Source: an uncultured virus (IMG/VR IMGVR_UViG_3300009509_000003) (Duplodnaviria; Heunggongvirae; Uroviricota; Caudoviricetes). From it: a DNA stretch of 64,000 nt. Location: IMG/VR virus record IMGVR_UViG_3300009509_000003; one strand, 5' to 3'. Shown here piece by piece: positions 26,911 to 34,721 of the stretch (positions within the stretch are counted from its first letter, which is position 1; each line of letters starts with the position of its first letter). Under the pieces are notes generated by a model. That model had not been told where the DNA came from and ran no database searches. It was given only the letters and a program-made list of their open reading frames with translations. The position numbers and the translations under genes were made by a program.

Positions 26911-27117
26911 GTGGGAAAGCCTCAGAAGTGGAAGCGCGGTCGTCCAAAATCTGGTCGAGCCGGGTGCCTCATGTGAAAGCCTCACAAGCGTCAAGGCGTT
27001 GACGCTCCGAAGCAAGCCGAAAAGGCGGCCCGGATCGATGAGAAGGAACAGCTCGAAGACCTGCCCTCAGACGCTCACGGGCGACTGAAGAGGGCAGATC
27101 CTAGACGCTGGACATGA
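26911..27117 (+). CDS. Small basic protein with in-frame TGA (candidate CxxU selenoprotein)
   Basis: AAGGAGGT RBS; GCLM-TGA-KPHK followed by a perfect 8-bp hairpin. Confidence 0.5.
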
Positions 27118-27196
27118 AAGCTCCCCCGGAAGCCTCGGCGACCGGGTGCTCCCCCTCCCGGGGAAGCGTTTTCGCGGGGGTAGCTCCCCCGCACTT

Positions 27197-27273
27197 CGGG
27201 CGGAGGGCTTGATGGTAAGCCGCCTGACTGGGGGTCAGGAGTTGTGCGGGTTCGACTCCCGCTCGCCCGACCA
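27197..27273 (+). tRNA. tRNA-Pro(GGG)
   Basis: cctga ctGGGgg tcagg; CCA. Confidence 0.9.
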
Positions 27274-27354
27274 GCGGATAGTGGTGAACCGACGGTGGTC
27301 CGTCGGCCACTAAAGTGAAGGCGCGCAGGGTTTGATTCCCCACTGCTATCCGCG
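27274..27354 (+). ncRNA. tRNA-like RNA with extended acceptor and D stems, no proper anticodon arm
   Basis: GCGGATAGTGG/CTGCTATCCGC; CCGACGG-TGGT-CCGTCGG; GGG-TTTGATT-CCC. Confidence 0.45.
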
Positions 27355-27356
27355 AT

Positions 27357-27437
27357 GGAGAGAGAACTCGGTGGGACCGGGACCTGGTTTGAAACCAGAG
27401 GGAGCGAAAGCTTGGGGATCGTGCCCTCCTCTCTCCG
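27357..27437 (+). tRNA. tRNA-Ser(TGA), 8/4 fold
   Basis: GGAGAGAG/CTCTCTCC 8-bp acceptor, 4-bp T-stem, variable arm, G73. Confidence 0.8.
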
Positions 27438-27455
27438 CCGTGTTATAGAGCACAC

Positions 27456-27598
27456 GAGTATCCGATCGAGGTGCCGGGACTGAGCAATGACATGGCGTCT
27501 GAGCGTTCATGGCAGTGCCATGTGTAGGTTGCCGGTGGGAGAGTGGGTGGCGAAAGCCGTATCCTAGGCACGCGGCGAGTAGGGTAGATCGGATACTC
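27456..27598 (+). ncRNA. Unclassified structured RNA
   Basis: 12-bp closing stem GAGTATCCGATC/GATCGGATACTC. Confidence 0.5.
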
Positions 27599-27601
27599 AC
27601 T

Positions 27602-27682
27602 GGAAGGTGAACTGGTCAGGGACCAGGCTCGGTTGGAAGCCGATGCGCTCGCAAGGGTGGTGTTCGAGTCGCCCGCCTTCCG
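27602..27682 (+). tRNA. tRNA-Ser(GGA), 8/4 fold
   Basis: tcgg ttGGAag ccga; 8-bp acceptor. Confidence 0.8.
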
Positions 27683-27690
27683 CGAAGTTT

Positions 27691-27779
27691 GGCAGAGGAA
27701 CCGTACAGGGGTACGGGCTCGCCTCGAAAGCGATGCGCTCGGTGATGAGCTGGGTGGGGATCATGCCCTCCCTCTGCCG
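27691..27779 (+). tRNA. tRNA-Ser(CGA), 8/4 fold
   Basis: tcgc ctCGAaa gcga; GGCAGAGG/CCTCTGCC. Confidence 0.8.
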
Positions 27780-27923
27780 CCGAAGGAGAGTCAACACGAT
27801 CCGGAGTGGTGAGGAAACTGGGTAATCGGGGAGATGGCCACCTCGTACATCCCGCTCGGCCCATACCGGCGATGAGACATAAAGGGTTGACTCAGGAGCG
27901 GGTGACGAGGGAACCGCTCCAAT

Positions 27924-28011
27924 GGCGAGTGAACCAGACAGGGGTCTGGGCCTGCCTGCTAAGCAGTGCGCTCGGGGCAACCTGGGTGTGGATCAAGACC
28001 ACCGCTCGCCG
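27924..28011 (+). tRNA. tRNA-Ser(GCT), 8/4 fold
   Basis: ctgc ctGCTaa gcag; 8-bp acceptor, GTGG/CCAC T-stem. Confidence 0.8.
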
Positions 28012-28027
28012 CCGAAAGGAGATTGCT

Positions 28028-28252
28028 ATGAAACCGACGTGGAAGCACGACTGCGATGCTTGCGAGTTCCTCGGAATGTTCGATAAGCACGATCTGTATT
28101 ACTGCAGCTCGACTATGCTGCCTACGATCATCGCTAGGTTCGGTTCCGACGGACCTGAATACAAGAGTGGCATGGCGTTCAAGGACGCCGACAAGCACCT
28201 TCGAGAAGCCTATAGACGCGCAGCAGCAAAAGGCCTAGTCAACGCAGCGTAG
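28028..28252 (+). CDS. Small hypothetical protein
   Basis: AAAGGAG RBS; HDCDAC..DLYYC. Confidence 0.65.
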   Translation: MKPTWKHDCDACEFLGMFDKHDLYYCSSTMLPTIIARFGSDGPEYKSGMAFKDADKHLREAYRRAAAKGLVNAA

Positions 28253-28346
28253 TCTCGGCCCCATCTTCTAGAGTCCTATCTCTACGCGTATATGGAAAAG
28301 ACGGTGTATGGAAAGTTCGCGGTCTCACAGAGGAGGCTCATAAAAT

Positions 28347-28418
28347 GGCGCTGTCGTCTATCGGTAGGACACCTCGCTCTCACCGAGGAAAGGGAGGGTT
28401 CGATTCCCCTCAGCGTCA
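28347..28418 (+). tRNA. tRNA-Glu(CTC)
   Basis: cctcg ctCTCac cgagg. Confidence 0.88.
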
Positions 28419-28499
28419 CTGACTCGTGATGGCGGGTTCAAGTCCCCCTGGGGTCATTGGGGTAGCACCACAAACAAAGATGCTCAGTTGTCGCAGTTT

Positions 28500-28575
28500 G
28501 CCCCCGAGGTCCCAATGGAGGGACGCCTGTTTCGTAATCAGGAAGTGGCCGGTTCGATCCCGGCCGGGGGCTCCA
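28500..28575 (+). tRNA. tRNA-Thr(CGT)
   Basis: cctgt ttCGTaa tcagg; CCA. Confidence 0.85.
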
Positions 28576-28775
28576 TGGCTCGATCGAGGAAGAACTACGC
28601 TTCGATGAAGGGAGGGGATCTTCCAAAGGTTCGCTACCCGCTGATCACGTTCGACATGGAACGGGGAAAAGTGGGGTGGGCTCATTGGCGCCGCTCGAAG
28701 AAGAGAGCCACGTCTCGCTATGAGCGACATGTAGTGGCGAAACAGATCGTGCGGGAGCAGTTGGATGAACTGTGA
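28575..28775 (+). CDS. Small basic hypothetical protein
   Basis: ATG overlaps the tRNA CCA end; coupled to the next ORF. Confidence 0.45.
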   Translation: MARSRKNYASMKGGDLPKVRYPLITFDMERGKVGWAHWRRSKKRATSRYERHVVAKQIVREQLDEL

Positions 28776-29034
28776 GACTTGCGACGTTCTTCGAGACTTC
28801 CCCAACGACCCTCCTTGCTGGAAGGGGATGACGTGGGATGTGTACTGGGACGAAGAGAGCTACAGCTCAACGACGATCGGCCACAGCGACGATCGACCGT
28901 CCGTGATAGAAGAGAGCGCGGTCCTGCTCGGCACCTTCGAGGCTGAGTGCTGGGCCGACATGAAGGTGAAATCGGAGGAATTTGTAGACAAGGTTCGCCT
29001 GCGAAGCGTAAATGGTGACGCGCCGGTTTTGTAA
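28765..29034 (+). CDS. Hypothetical protein
   Basis: 89 aa; 3' end overlaps tRNA-Thr. Confidence 0.5.
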   Translation: MNCETCDVLRDFPNDPPCWKGMTWDVYWDEESYSSTTIGHSDDRPSVIEESAVLLGTFEAECWADMKVKSEEFVDKVRLRSVNGDAPVL

Positions 29035-29068
29035 TCCGGAGAACTCGGTTCGATTCCGAGCGTGGGCT
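28997..29068 (+). tRNA. tRNA-Thr(TGT)
   Basis: ccggt ttTGTaa tccgg. Confidence 0.85.
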
Positions 29069-29071
29069 TAT

Positions 29072-29144
29072 GGCTCCGTCATCTAAAGGTTAGGAGATCG
29101 GCCTTTCAAGCCGATGATGCTGGGTTCGAGTCCCGCCGGAGTCA
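29072..29144 (+). tRNA. tRNA-Glu(TTC)
   Basis: tcggc ctTTCaa gccga. Confidence 0.88.
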
Positions 29145-29570
29145 CTAGGGTTGAGGCCAGCCGGCCTTGCGGTATTCCTCGAACTCTTCGTCCGAGATGA
29201 TCGAGGTGATGGTGGAGCGGTGGATGTCGCCGTACTCACCTTCAGAGCAGAGCGTCGAGTAGAATCGGCCGAAGCAGAAGCTTTCCGACCACTCCCCCGC
29301 GTAGCGCTGGCAGACGTAGTTGAACTCGGCCTGCTCCTCGGGCTGGGTCAGGTCGTAATGCGGCCTCTCGGCCTCGATGGGGTCGATGATCTCGCCGTAG
29401 ATGAGTAGGAGTCTGCGCAGGGGCCCTGCGTTCATCTCGGCCAGCCGGATGACCTTGTCCCCGGGCTTGACCTCCCGCTGCCAGTCCTCGATGCGAGCGT
29501 CGGCTCGCCGCTGGTTCTCGCGGAGTGTCTCCTGCAGCTCCTCCATGGAGTCGAAGAATTGCACTGTCAT
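29145..29570 (-). CDS. Hypothetical protein
   Basis: Coupled to the upstream kinase. Confidence 0.65.
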   Translation of the reverse strand: MTVQFFDSMEELQETLRENQRRADARIEDWQREVKPGDKVIRLAEMNAGPLRRLLLIYGEIIDPIEAERPHYDLTQPEEQAEFNYVCQRYAGEWSESFCFGRFYSTLCSEGEYGDIHRSTITSIISDEEFEEYRKAGWPQP

Positions 29571-29992
29571 GTCGTCACCACCTCTTCCTCGCCCCAGAAT
29601 GGCAGGGGCTCTTCCATGCGCTCGTGCATGGCCTGGACAGCCGCATCAGGCACGCTGTGGGTGTTCCGAGCAGCCGCCTTCTCGGGATCGCACTCGAACC
29701 GGATGATCCGCACCGGCACACCATGCTTGTTCGCGAGCATGATGTACGGGGACATCTCCCAGCGCTGCGTGTTGGTGTTGTCCACCACCACGAGCTTTCC
29801 GGCACCGAGGGCCCCGTCGACCTTGCAGAAGCAGGCAACGTGGGCCTCGGTGAGACGGGTGAAGTCGAAATTGTACTCTCCGGTCGGAGTCGTGAATGTG
29901 TCGTCGGCGCTGGCGATGATCGCGGTTGGGAATTCCCTCTTTGCGAAAGTGGTCTTACCAGCCCCACTTACGCCTCTCAGTATTACTAGCAT
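29567..29992 (-). CDS. P-loop polynucleotide-kinase-like protein (AAA_33)
   Basis: LRGVSGAGKTT, SADD, VVVDNTN, RNTHSVP. Confidence 0.85.
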   Translation of the reverse strand: MLVILRGVSGAGKTTFAKREFPTAIIASADDTFTTPTGEYNFDFTRLTEAHVACFCKVDGALGAGKLVVVDNTNTQRWEMSPYIMLANKHGVPVRIIRFECDPEKAAARNTHSVPDAAVQAMHERMEEPLPFWGEEEVVTT

Positions 29993-30022
29993 CTCTACCC
30001 TCCATTCTCCAAGACGCTTGTC

Positions 30023-30328
30023 CTAGGGGCGCTCTGACACCTCTCGGAGCACTTTGCACGCCACGATCTCGTCGGGCGCGATCTTGCAGATGCGCTGGCT
30101 CGGAGGCAGGTGATCGCCGAGCCGCTCACGCACGCATCCGTATACGCGCATTTCCCACCTAGCTAGGCGAAGATTTCGCTCTCGCACCTCCCGAACCTTC
30201 TCCGCGGTCCAGTCCTGGATGTGGAGGCACCCGTCGCCGAGAAGGCCCCCAGAGCCCTGCAGGCGAACCCGCCGGGTCTCGGAGCCCTCTCGGATGACGA
30301 ACTCGAATCCGCTGATGCGTCGGGGCAT
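30023..30328 (-). CDS. Hypothetical protein
   Basis: Coupled ORF. Confidence 0.45.
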   Translation of the reverse strand: MPRRISGFEFVIREGSETRRVRLQGSGGLLGDGCLHIQDWTAEKVREVRERNLRLARWEMRVYGCVRERLGDHLPPSQRICKIAPDEIVACKVLREVSERP

Positions 30329-30957
30329 TAGGCCGCCTTGCCCTTCTGAGCCGCCTCAGCCGCCTTCTGAGCAGCCGTTTTCAGCGGCTTGATGGTGAAG
30401 GGTCCGAGCGGCCCGCGGGCCATCACACCCTCGAAATGGGCCACCAAGGCGTGGAAGATGCGCTCCCGGGCTTCCTCGGTGTGCGGGAAGACCCAGTGGA
30501 AGACCTTCTTCTTGGATGTGGAGACGGCCTCGACCTTCGTCCCGTAGCGGCCCTTCACCCAACTCGAGGCGTTGAACTCTGGGGAGTAGGGCGTGCGCAC
30601 GAAGTACCGCAGGTCGTCGTTGTGCTCGCGAACGTCGATGGTCACGGGCGCGCAGTTGTAAAGGAAGATGTCGCGGATCAGCGGGAACCCCAGCTCGCCC
30701 AGCTCGGTCGTGAGCTGCAGGGTCTCGAGGGTGACGGCGCCGGTCGATACGGCCAAGGCGAGCTGGTAGATGATGGCGTTCGCGCGCACGCGAGCGTCCT
30801 CGCTCACCTCGATGTTGAATCCGTATTTTTTGCGGCAGATCGGGCCCATGCCGGTCTCGACGCTCTTCGCGTCGACGAGGGGCTTGCCGCACGCGCAGCA
30901 GTGAGTAGCCATTTGTTTGCAAGCAGCTGAATTCTCGTATCCCATGGTTGCCTCCAT
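30328..30957 (-). CDS. DUF6011-like zinc-binding phage protein
   Basis: CCACGKPLVDAKSVETGMGPIC. Confidence 0.7.
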   Translation of the reverse strand: MEATMGYENSAACKQMATHCCACGKPLVDAKSVETGMGPICRKKYGFNIEVSEDARVRANAIIYQLALAVSTGAVTLETLQLTTELGELGFPLIRDIFLYNCAPVTIDVREHNDDLRYFVRTPYSPEFNASSWVKGRYGTKVEAVSTSKKKVFHWVFPHTEEARERIFHALVAHFEGVMARGPLGPFTIKPLKTAAQKAAEAAQKGKAA

Positions 30958-30987
30958 CCTTCGGGGACGCTTCCCCGATTCAATTCA

Positions 30988-31024
30988 AGGATACTGCGAC
31001 CGGCGGTCGCTTGTCAAGAGCAAA
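30988..31024 (-). promoter_or_regulatory. Promoter with a palindromic operator between -35 and -10
   Basis: Minus strand TTGACA-AGCGACCGCCGGTCGCAG-TATCCT. Confidence 0.6.
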
Positions 31025-31064
31025 CGTTATTTATTTCTCAACTGCTCGGAATTGCTAAGGATGC

Positions 31065-31268
31065 TCAGTCATGTCGTATCTCGAGGTAGTAGTCCCGCCC
31101 CTCATACCCCTCATCACGGTAGGGCCTATCGTTGGCGTGGATGATGTGGGCCCCGCATCCCGGGCACTCGAAGGCGTCTCCGGCATAGACGTGGCCGAAG
31201 CCGTAATGAGTGCGGGCCCCCGTCTTCACGCAGCGCATCTCCCGCTTGCACTTCACGCAGATGATCAT
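31065..31268 (-). CDS. Small zinc-ribbon protein
   Basis: CVKC..CPGCG. Confidence 0.6.
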   Translation of the reverse strand: MIICVKCKREMRCVKTGARTHYGFGHVYAGDAFECPGCGAHIIHANDRPYRDEGYEGRDYYLEIRHD

Positions 31269-31492
31269 CAGTCGTCCTCGTCCGAGCCGTCGTCAGCGTA
31301 GTAAAAACTCTCTTCTCCCTCGGGGCACGTCTCCCGCATCTCGGCTAGGGCTCTCCGGACCGACTTCGGGGACGTTCCGTATGCCTCGGTGATGGAATCG
31401 CAACACGTGCACGTGGCTCGCACGCCCGCAACCATCCGGCCGTCCTCGGTCTCGATGTCCACGTAGTCGATGATGCACTCAACTCTCTCCAT
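31268..31492 (-). CDS. Hypothetical protein
   Basis: Coupled ORF. Confidence 0.6.
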   Translation of the reverse strand: MERVECIIDYVDIETEDGRMVAGVRATCTCCDSITEAYGTSPKSVRRALAEMRETCPEGEESFYYADDGSDEDD

Positions 31493-31760
31493 CGTCCTTC
31501 TCCTCCAACCCTTTCAGCATTTCGGATCGGTCGTACTGAAGAGCGAAAATAGCCCCAACCGGAGCTTTCAGAGGCTTCGGCACGACCTTGCTCAGATGAT
31601 ATACTTGCTGCGAGGCTCGTCGGCCTCGCTCTCGAGCTTCTTCGACGGTAGTGCCGTAGATCTTCGCCAACCACTCGAGTATCGCATCGCCTTCCGGCCC
31701 GGCTGGTATCCGTATGGGCTCGAACGGGTTGCACGGGAACTCTGTCATATGGTCGGACAT
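31479..31760 (-). CDS. Hypothetical protein
   Basis: Coupled ORF. Confidence 0.55.
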   Translation of the reverse strand: MSDHMTEFPCNPFEPIRIPAGPEGDAILEWLAKIYGTTVEEARERGRRASQQVYHLSKVVPKPLKAPVGAIFALQYDRSEMLKGLEEKDDGES

Positions 31761-32077
31761 CAGTAGCTCTCATCCAGCCACACCTTCAGGTGCGTGATGT
31801 TATCCGGCAACTGCGCGATGTCGATGAGGTAGTAATTGCCCTTCGGACCGTTGCGAATACCGATGGCTTTGAACTCGTCCCCGTTGTCCACGACATCCAT
31901 CGGAACGTCGATCTCGATGCCCTCCGGGGAGGGGTCTTTGTAGTCGAAAAACTTCTCGACCTCACCAGGCACATCAACATCGGCGGCCTGGCAAGAATCC
32001 CAGATAGCCTTCATCCTCTTCCAGTGTCCGTCAGGGGGGCGAACGCCCTTCACTTTCAACGTTGCATCGTAGCCCAT
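31760..32077 (-). CDS. Hypothetical protein
   Basis: Coupled ORF. Confidence 0.6.
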   Translation of the reverse strand: MGYDATLKVKGVRPPDGHWKRMKAIWDSCQAADVDVPGEVEKFFDYKDPSPEGIEIDVPMDVVDNGDEFKAIGIRNGPKGNYYLIDIAQLPDNITHLKVWLDESY

Positions 32078-32078
32078 T

Positions 32079-32396
32079 TCAACCCTCCAATACTTTGCGG
32101 GCTCGCTTGCCCGGCATCAGCCTGTCGTAGTCTGGATGCCCGTGCTCTTCGTCGAAGTCTGTATCGAACCCTCCACAGGGAGCATCGAAGTAGAAGGCCA
32201 CTCCGTGGTAGGTCTCGGGGTCGGCGTAGAAGTCCAACACGTCGAGGGCGTCATGCGCCCACGTCGAGAGGGCCAGGCTCAGGTTGGCCAGGCGCTCGAA
32301 GTCCGGAGGTCCACCGCTCGCGTGCAGCTCGGCAATCTCTTTCAACGCTCGGTCAATGTCCAGCTTCTCGCCGGGTTCTGGATTGTAGTCTGTCAT
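32079..32396 (-). CDS. Hypothetical protein
   Basis: Coupled ORF. Confidence 0.6.
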   Translation of the reverse strand: MTDYNPEPGEKLDIDRALKEIAELHASGGPPDFERLANLSLALSTWAHDALDVLDFYADPETYHGVAFYFDAPCGGFDTDFDEEHGHPDYDRLMPGKRARKVLEG

Positions 32397-32596
32397 GGTT
32401 TATCCGGTTTCACGTAGTAGTTCTCCGAGATCGGCCATCCGCAGTGAACGCAAGGGTCTCTCGGCGTCCGCTCCCCGCAGTATGGGCAGGCGCGGCTTGA
32501 CCCGCTTTCAAACGGTCCGCCGTAGAGCGTTCGCATGATCTGCACGTCTGCCACGGTGGCGATCCGAAGTTTGCGCTTCTCGGCTGGCGTCGTCAT
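32393..32596 (-). CDS. Small zinc-ribbon protein
   Basis: CPYCG..CVHCG. Confidence 0.55.
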   Translation of the reverse strand: MTTPAEKRKLRIATVADVQIMRTLYGGPFESGSSRACPYCGERTPRDPCVHCGWPISENYYVKPDKP

Positions 32597-32937
32597 CGAG
32601 CCTCCTCCATTCGCACTGTAAGTTCCCCTTCGGAGTCACGGTACATGCACGAAATGATGTCTCCGCGTTGAAGGGGCACCTCGAACACGAGCGCCCCATC
32701 GCCCCTGCCGATGGTGTAGTCATAGCCCTCTTGCAGCATCAGTCCGTTGAGGTAGATGCCCGATATCTCCAAGTCGGGGACTTCCTGCAGCATGGGTTGG
32801 GTTGCTACGATCTCGTCGGCGCTGATCCCGCAACACGAGAAGCGCTTCGGAGGGGTCTCTTCAACCTTCAAGCCGAGCCCAACCGCAGCCGCAGCCGCAG
32901 CCATACCGCCTAGGAAGCCTCTTCTCGTCAGCGTCAT
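32593..32937 (-). CDS. Twin-arginine (Tat) signal protein
   Basis: LTRRGFLGGMAAAAAAVGL; YLNGL..EGYDYT domain. Confidence 0.7.
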   Translation of the reverse strand: MTLTRRGFLGGMAAAAAAVGLGLKVEETPPKRFSCCGISADEIVATQPMLQEVPDLEISGIYLNGLMLQEGYDYTIGRGDGALVFEVPLQRGDIISCMYRDSEGELTVRMEEAR

Positions 32938-32979
32938 GAATCCTCCAATAGCTGGGTCAGATGCCCTCTTCCTCGTCGA

Positions 32980-33390
32980 TTATGAAGTTTCCCACTGCTT
33001 GCAGGCTTCAGCCGCGCTCATCGGACCATAATCGCGAATAGTGCAGAGCACGCTGTGAATGAGTGTACCCTCCCTCACCCTCGAAGCGCGCTCTCGCTTG
33101 AGCGGCTTGGCTTTGGGAGCTTTCTTCTCCTCTTCCTTTTTAGGAAGAGTCCACCCCGACGTGTCGACGGTCGGGAGAGGTTCCGGAGCAGCAGGCGCCG
33201 AGCACTGATCCAGCTTCGAGTCGATGATCAGCTTCAGCTTGTCCCGAGCGTCCGCCTCTCGAGCCATATCCTGTTCGAGATGGTAAAGTTCTCTGTCCAG
33301 CTCGTCTCGTTTTTGCTGCAGATCGTTGAGCTTCGAGCGGCAGCTCTCCACGCGAGCGACAGCAGCCTGAAAATTGTCCAGTAGACTCAT
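32980..33390 (-). CDS. Coiled-coil hypothetical protein
   Basis: GGAGG RBS. Confidence 0.55.
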   Translation of the reverse strand: MSLLDNFQAAVARVESCRSKLNDLQQKRDELDRELYHLEQDMAREADARDKLKLIIDSKLDQCSAPAAPEPLPTVDTSGWTLPKKEEEKKAPKAKPLKRERASRVREGTLIHSVLCTIRDYGPMSAAEACKQWETS

Positions 33391-33404
33391 CACACCCCTC
33401 CGAC

Positions 33405-33821
33405 CTAGTTGACCGCCTTCCACGTTTTCAAAGGAGGGCTGCCCGGAGACGCCTCCGGTTCCCCCTCTTTCACGAAGCCTTTCCTCTGGAGAGATTTCAC
33501 GATCTGCTGCACGCGGTTCTTCGTCACGTCGTGCCCGGTATTATTGGCAAGCAAGTCGCGCAGCTTCTCGTAGGTGAGAGGTTCTCGTGGAACCATCAGA
33601 CCCCAAAGCTCGTTCTCCATCTCCGTCAGCTCAGCGGGGTCGCCTGCCTTCCCAACCTCATCTTCCTCGACCTCGCGATCGTACATCGCAACGAGGATGA
33701 ACTCGTCCCCCATCGACTCGACCTCGAACTCGGCGTCGTAGGGGAGATTGAGCGCTGCTCTCAGATCATCGAGCGCGTAGCTCTGAATGACCCGCTTGTA
33801 GTGTTCTACTCTGGTTTCCAT
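33405..33821 (-). CDS. Putative winged-helix DNA-binding protein
   Basis: LTYEKLRDLL..RVQQIVKSLQRKGFV. Confidence 0.55.
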   Translation of the reverse strand: METRVEHYKRVIQSYALDDLRAALNLPYDAEFEVESMGDEFILVAMYDREVEEDEVGKAGDPAELTEMENELWGLMVPREPLTYEKLRDLLANNTGHDVTKNRVQQIVKSLQRKGFVKEGEPEASPGSPPLKTWKAVN

Positions 33822-33910
33822 GGTTCCTCCACGCTTGCAGAAATATCGCAGTCCTTTAGGTTCCCATCGTCCTTCGAGGGGCAAGCGACCCTCGATCCAT
33901 TTCCCAGGCT

Positions 33911-33940
33911 TACCACATAGCCTAGCGACTGTCAATAGCA
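33911..33940 (-). promoter_or_regulatory. Repeated phage promoter
   Basis: TGCTATTGAC-N10-CTATGTGGTA. Confidence 0.65.
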
Positions 33941-34698
33941 AAGCGTCGCGATTGAGCGTTGAGGTTCTCGGTCGACTTCACGTCGAGTTCCAACTCGTCC
34001 TCGGTCCACGGCGCATTGAAATTCTGGTCACACAGAGATTTCACGATGTCCTTCAAGCGTGTCTTCGGTCCAACTGGGATGTCGAAAGATCGACGCCGGT
34101 AGCGATACACTTCCGTCCGGTCTCCGACCTTCTTGTGAACTGTGTCTTTCCAGATATGCGGACCTACCTTGATCGTGAGCACGCCATCGTGAAGCTCATC
34201 ACCTCGAAAACGATGGTCGAAGGCGTCTACGTGCTTGTTCCAGCGCGGTGACAGGGCCTTGATCGCCCAACCGTGCATCCGATACTCCCAGCCTTCAGCC
34301 ACAACATGCCAGGGCACGCCGATGAGAACATCCAACCTCTCGTTGAACATGTTCAGAATGCGCTTCGAGCCGATCTCTTGCAGAACGTAGTGATCGCCCT
34401 CGTGAGAGATGAATCGAGAAACACCCCAGTCGTGCTCGGGATTGGTCATGCACTTTACGATGGAGCCTGTAGGAGGATTCTTATCGTCCGCGTCATACAG
34501 GGTGGTGTAGGTAAACTGCGGTCGGATAGTTCCGTCCCAGTTGACCTTGACTATCCTCTCTCCGACGATGGTTTCGCGCTTCTCTTCGCGGTAGTTGAGG
34601 CCGCTGCCCATCTCCAGCCAGACGATGATGTTCTTGAGGATGCGAGCCTTGTCGTTCAGCTCGCGGAACGTCGTTCTGATTCTCATTGTCCCATCCAC
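33922..34698 (-). CDS. Hypothetical protein
   Basis: 258 aa ORF. Confidence 0.6.
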   Translation of the reverse strand: MDGTMRIRTTFRELNDKARILKNIIVWLEMGSGLNYREEKRETIVGERIVKVNWDGTIRPQFTYTTLYDADDKNPPTGSIVKCMTNPEHDWGVSRFISHEGDHYVLQEIGSKRILNMFNERLDVLIGVPWHVVAEGWEYRMHGWAIKALSPRWNKHVDAFDHRFRGDELHDGVLTIKVGPHIWKDTVHKKVGDRTEVYRYRRRSFDIPVGPKTRLKDIVKSLCDQNFNAPWTEDELELDVKSTENLNAQSRRFAIDSR

Positions 34699-34721
34699 CT
34701 TCCGTGCTTCGGGCAGGGGAA

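Larger units (their letters stand above)
15910..29144 (+). other. tRNA/ncRNA island (43 tRNAs, Ro60, Y-like RNAs, HNH genes)
   Basis: Co-oriented cloverleaf genes and structured spacers. Confidence 0.95.

Noticed and set aside
26974..26976. Genome-wide TGA recoding
   Set aside because: TGA terminates many coupled genes here (ATGA/GTGA overlaps), and no suppressor tRNA was seen.
27274..27354. tRNA-Sec
   Set aside because: It has a Sec-like long D-stem but no TCA anticodon arm.
28420..28456. Split or trans-spliced tRNA half (T-arm plus acceptor 3' strand)
   Set aside because: No convincing 5' half was found; it is better explained as a tRNA relic overlapping the long-range stem.
15945..28626. 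Many short ORFs over tRNA and ncRNA genes
   Set aside because: Translations such as GLEP and RVRFP are tRNA T-arm artefacts.
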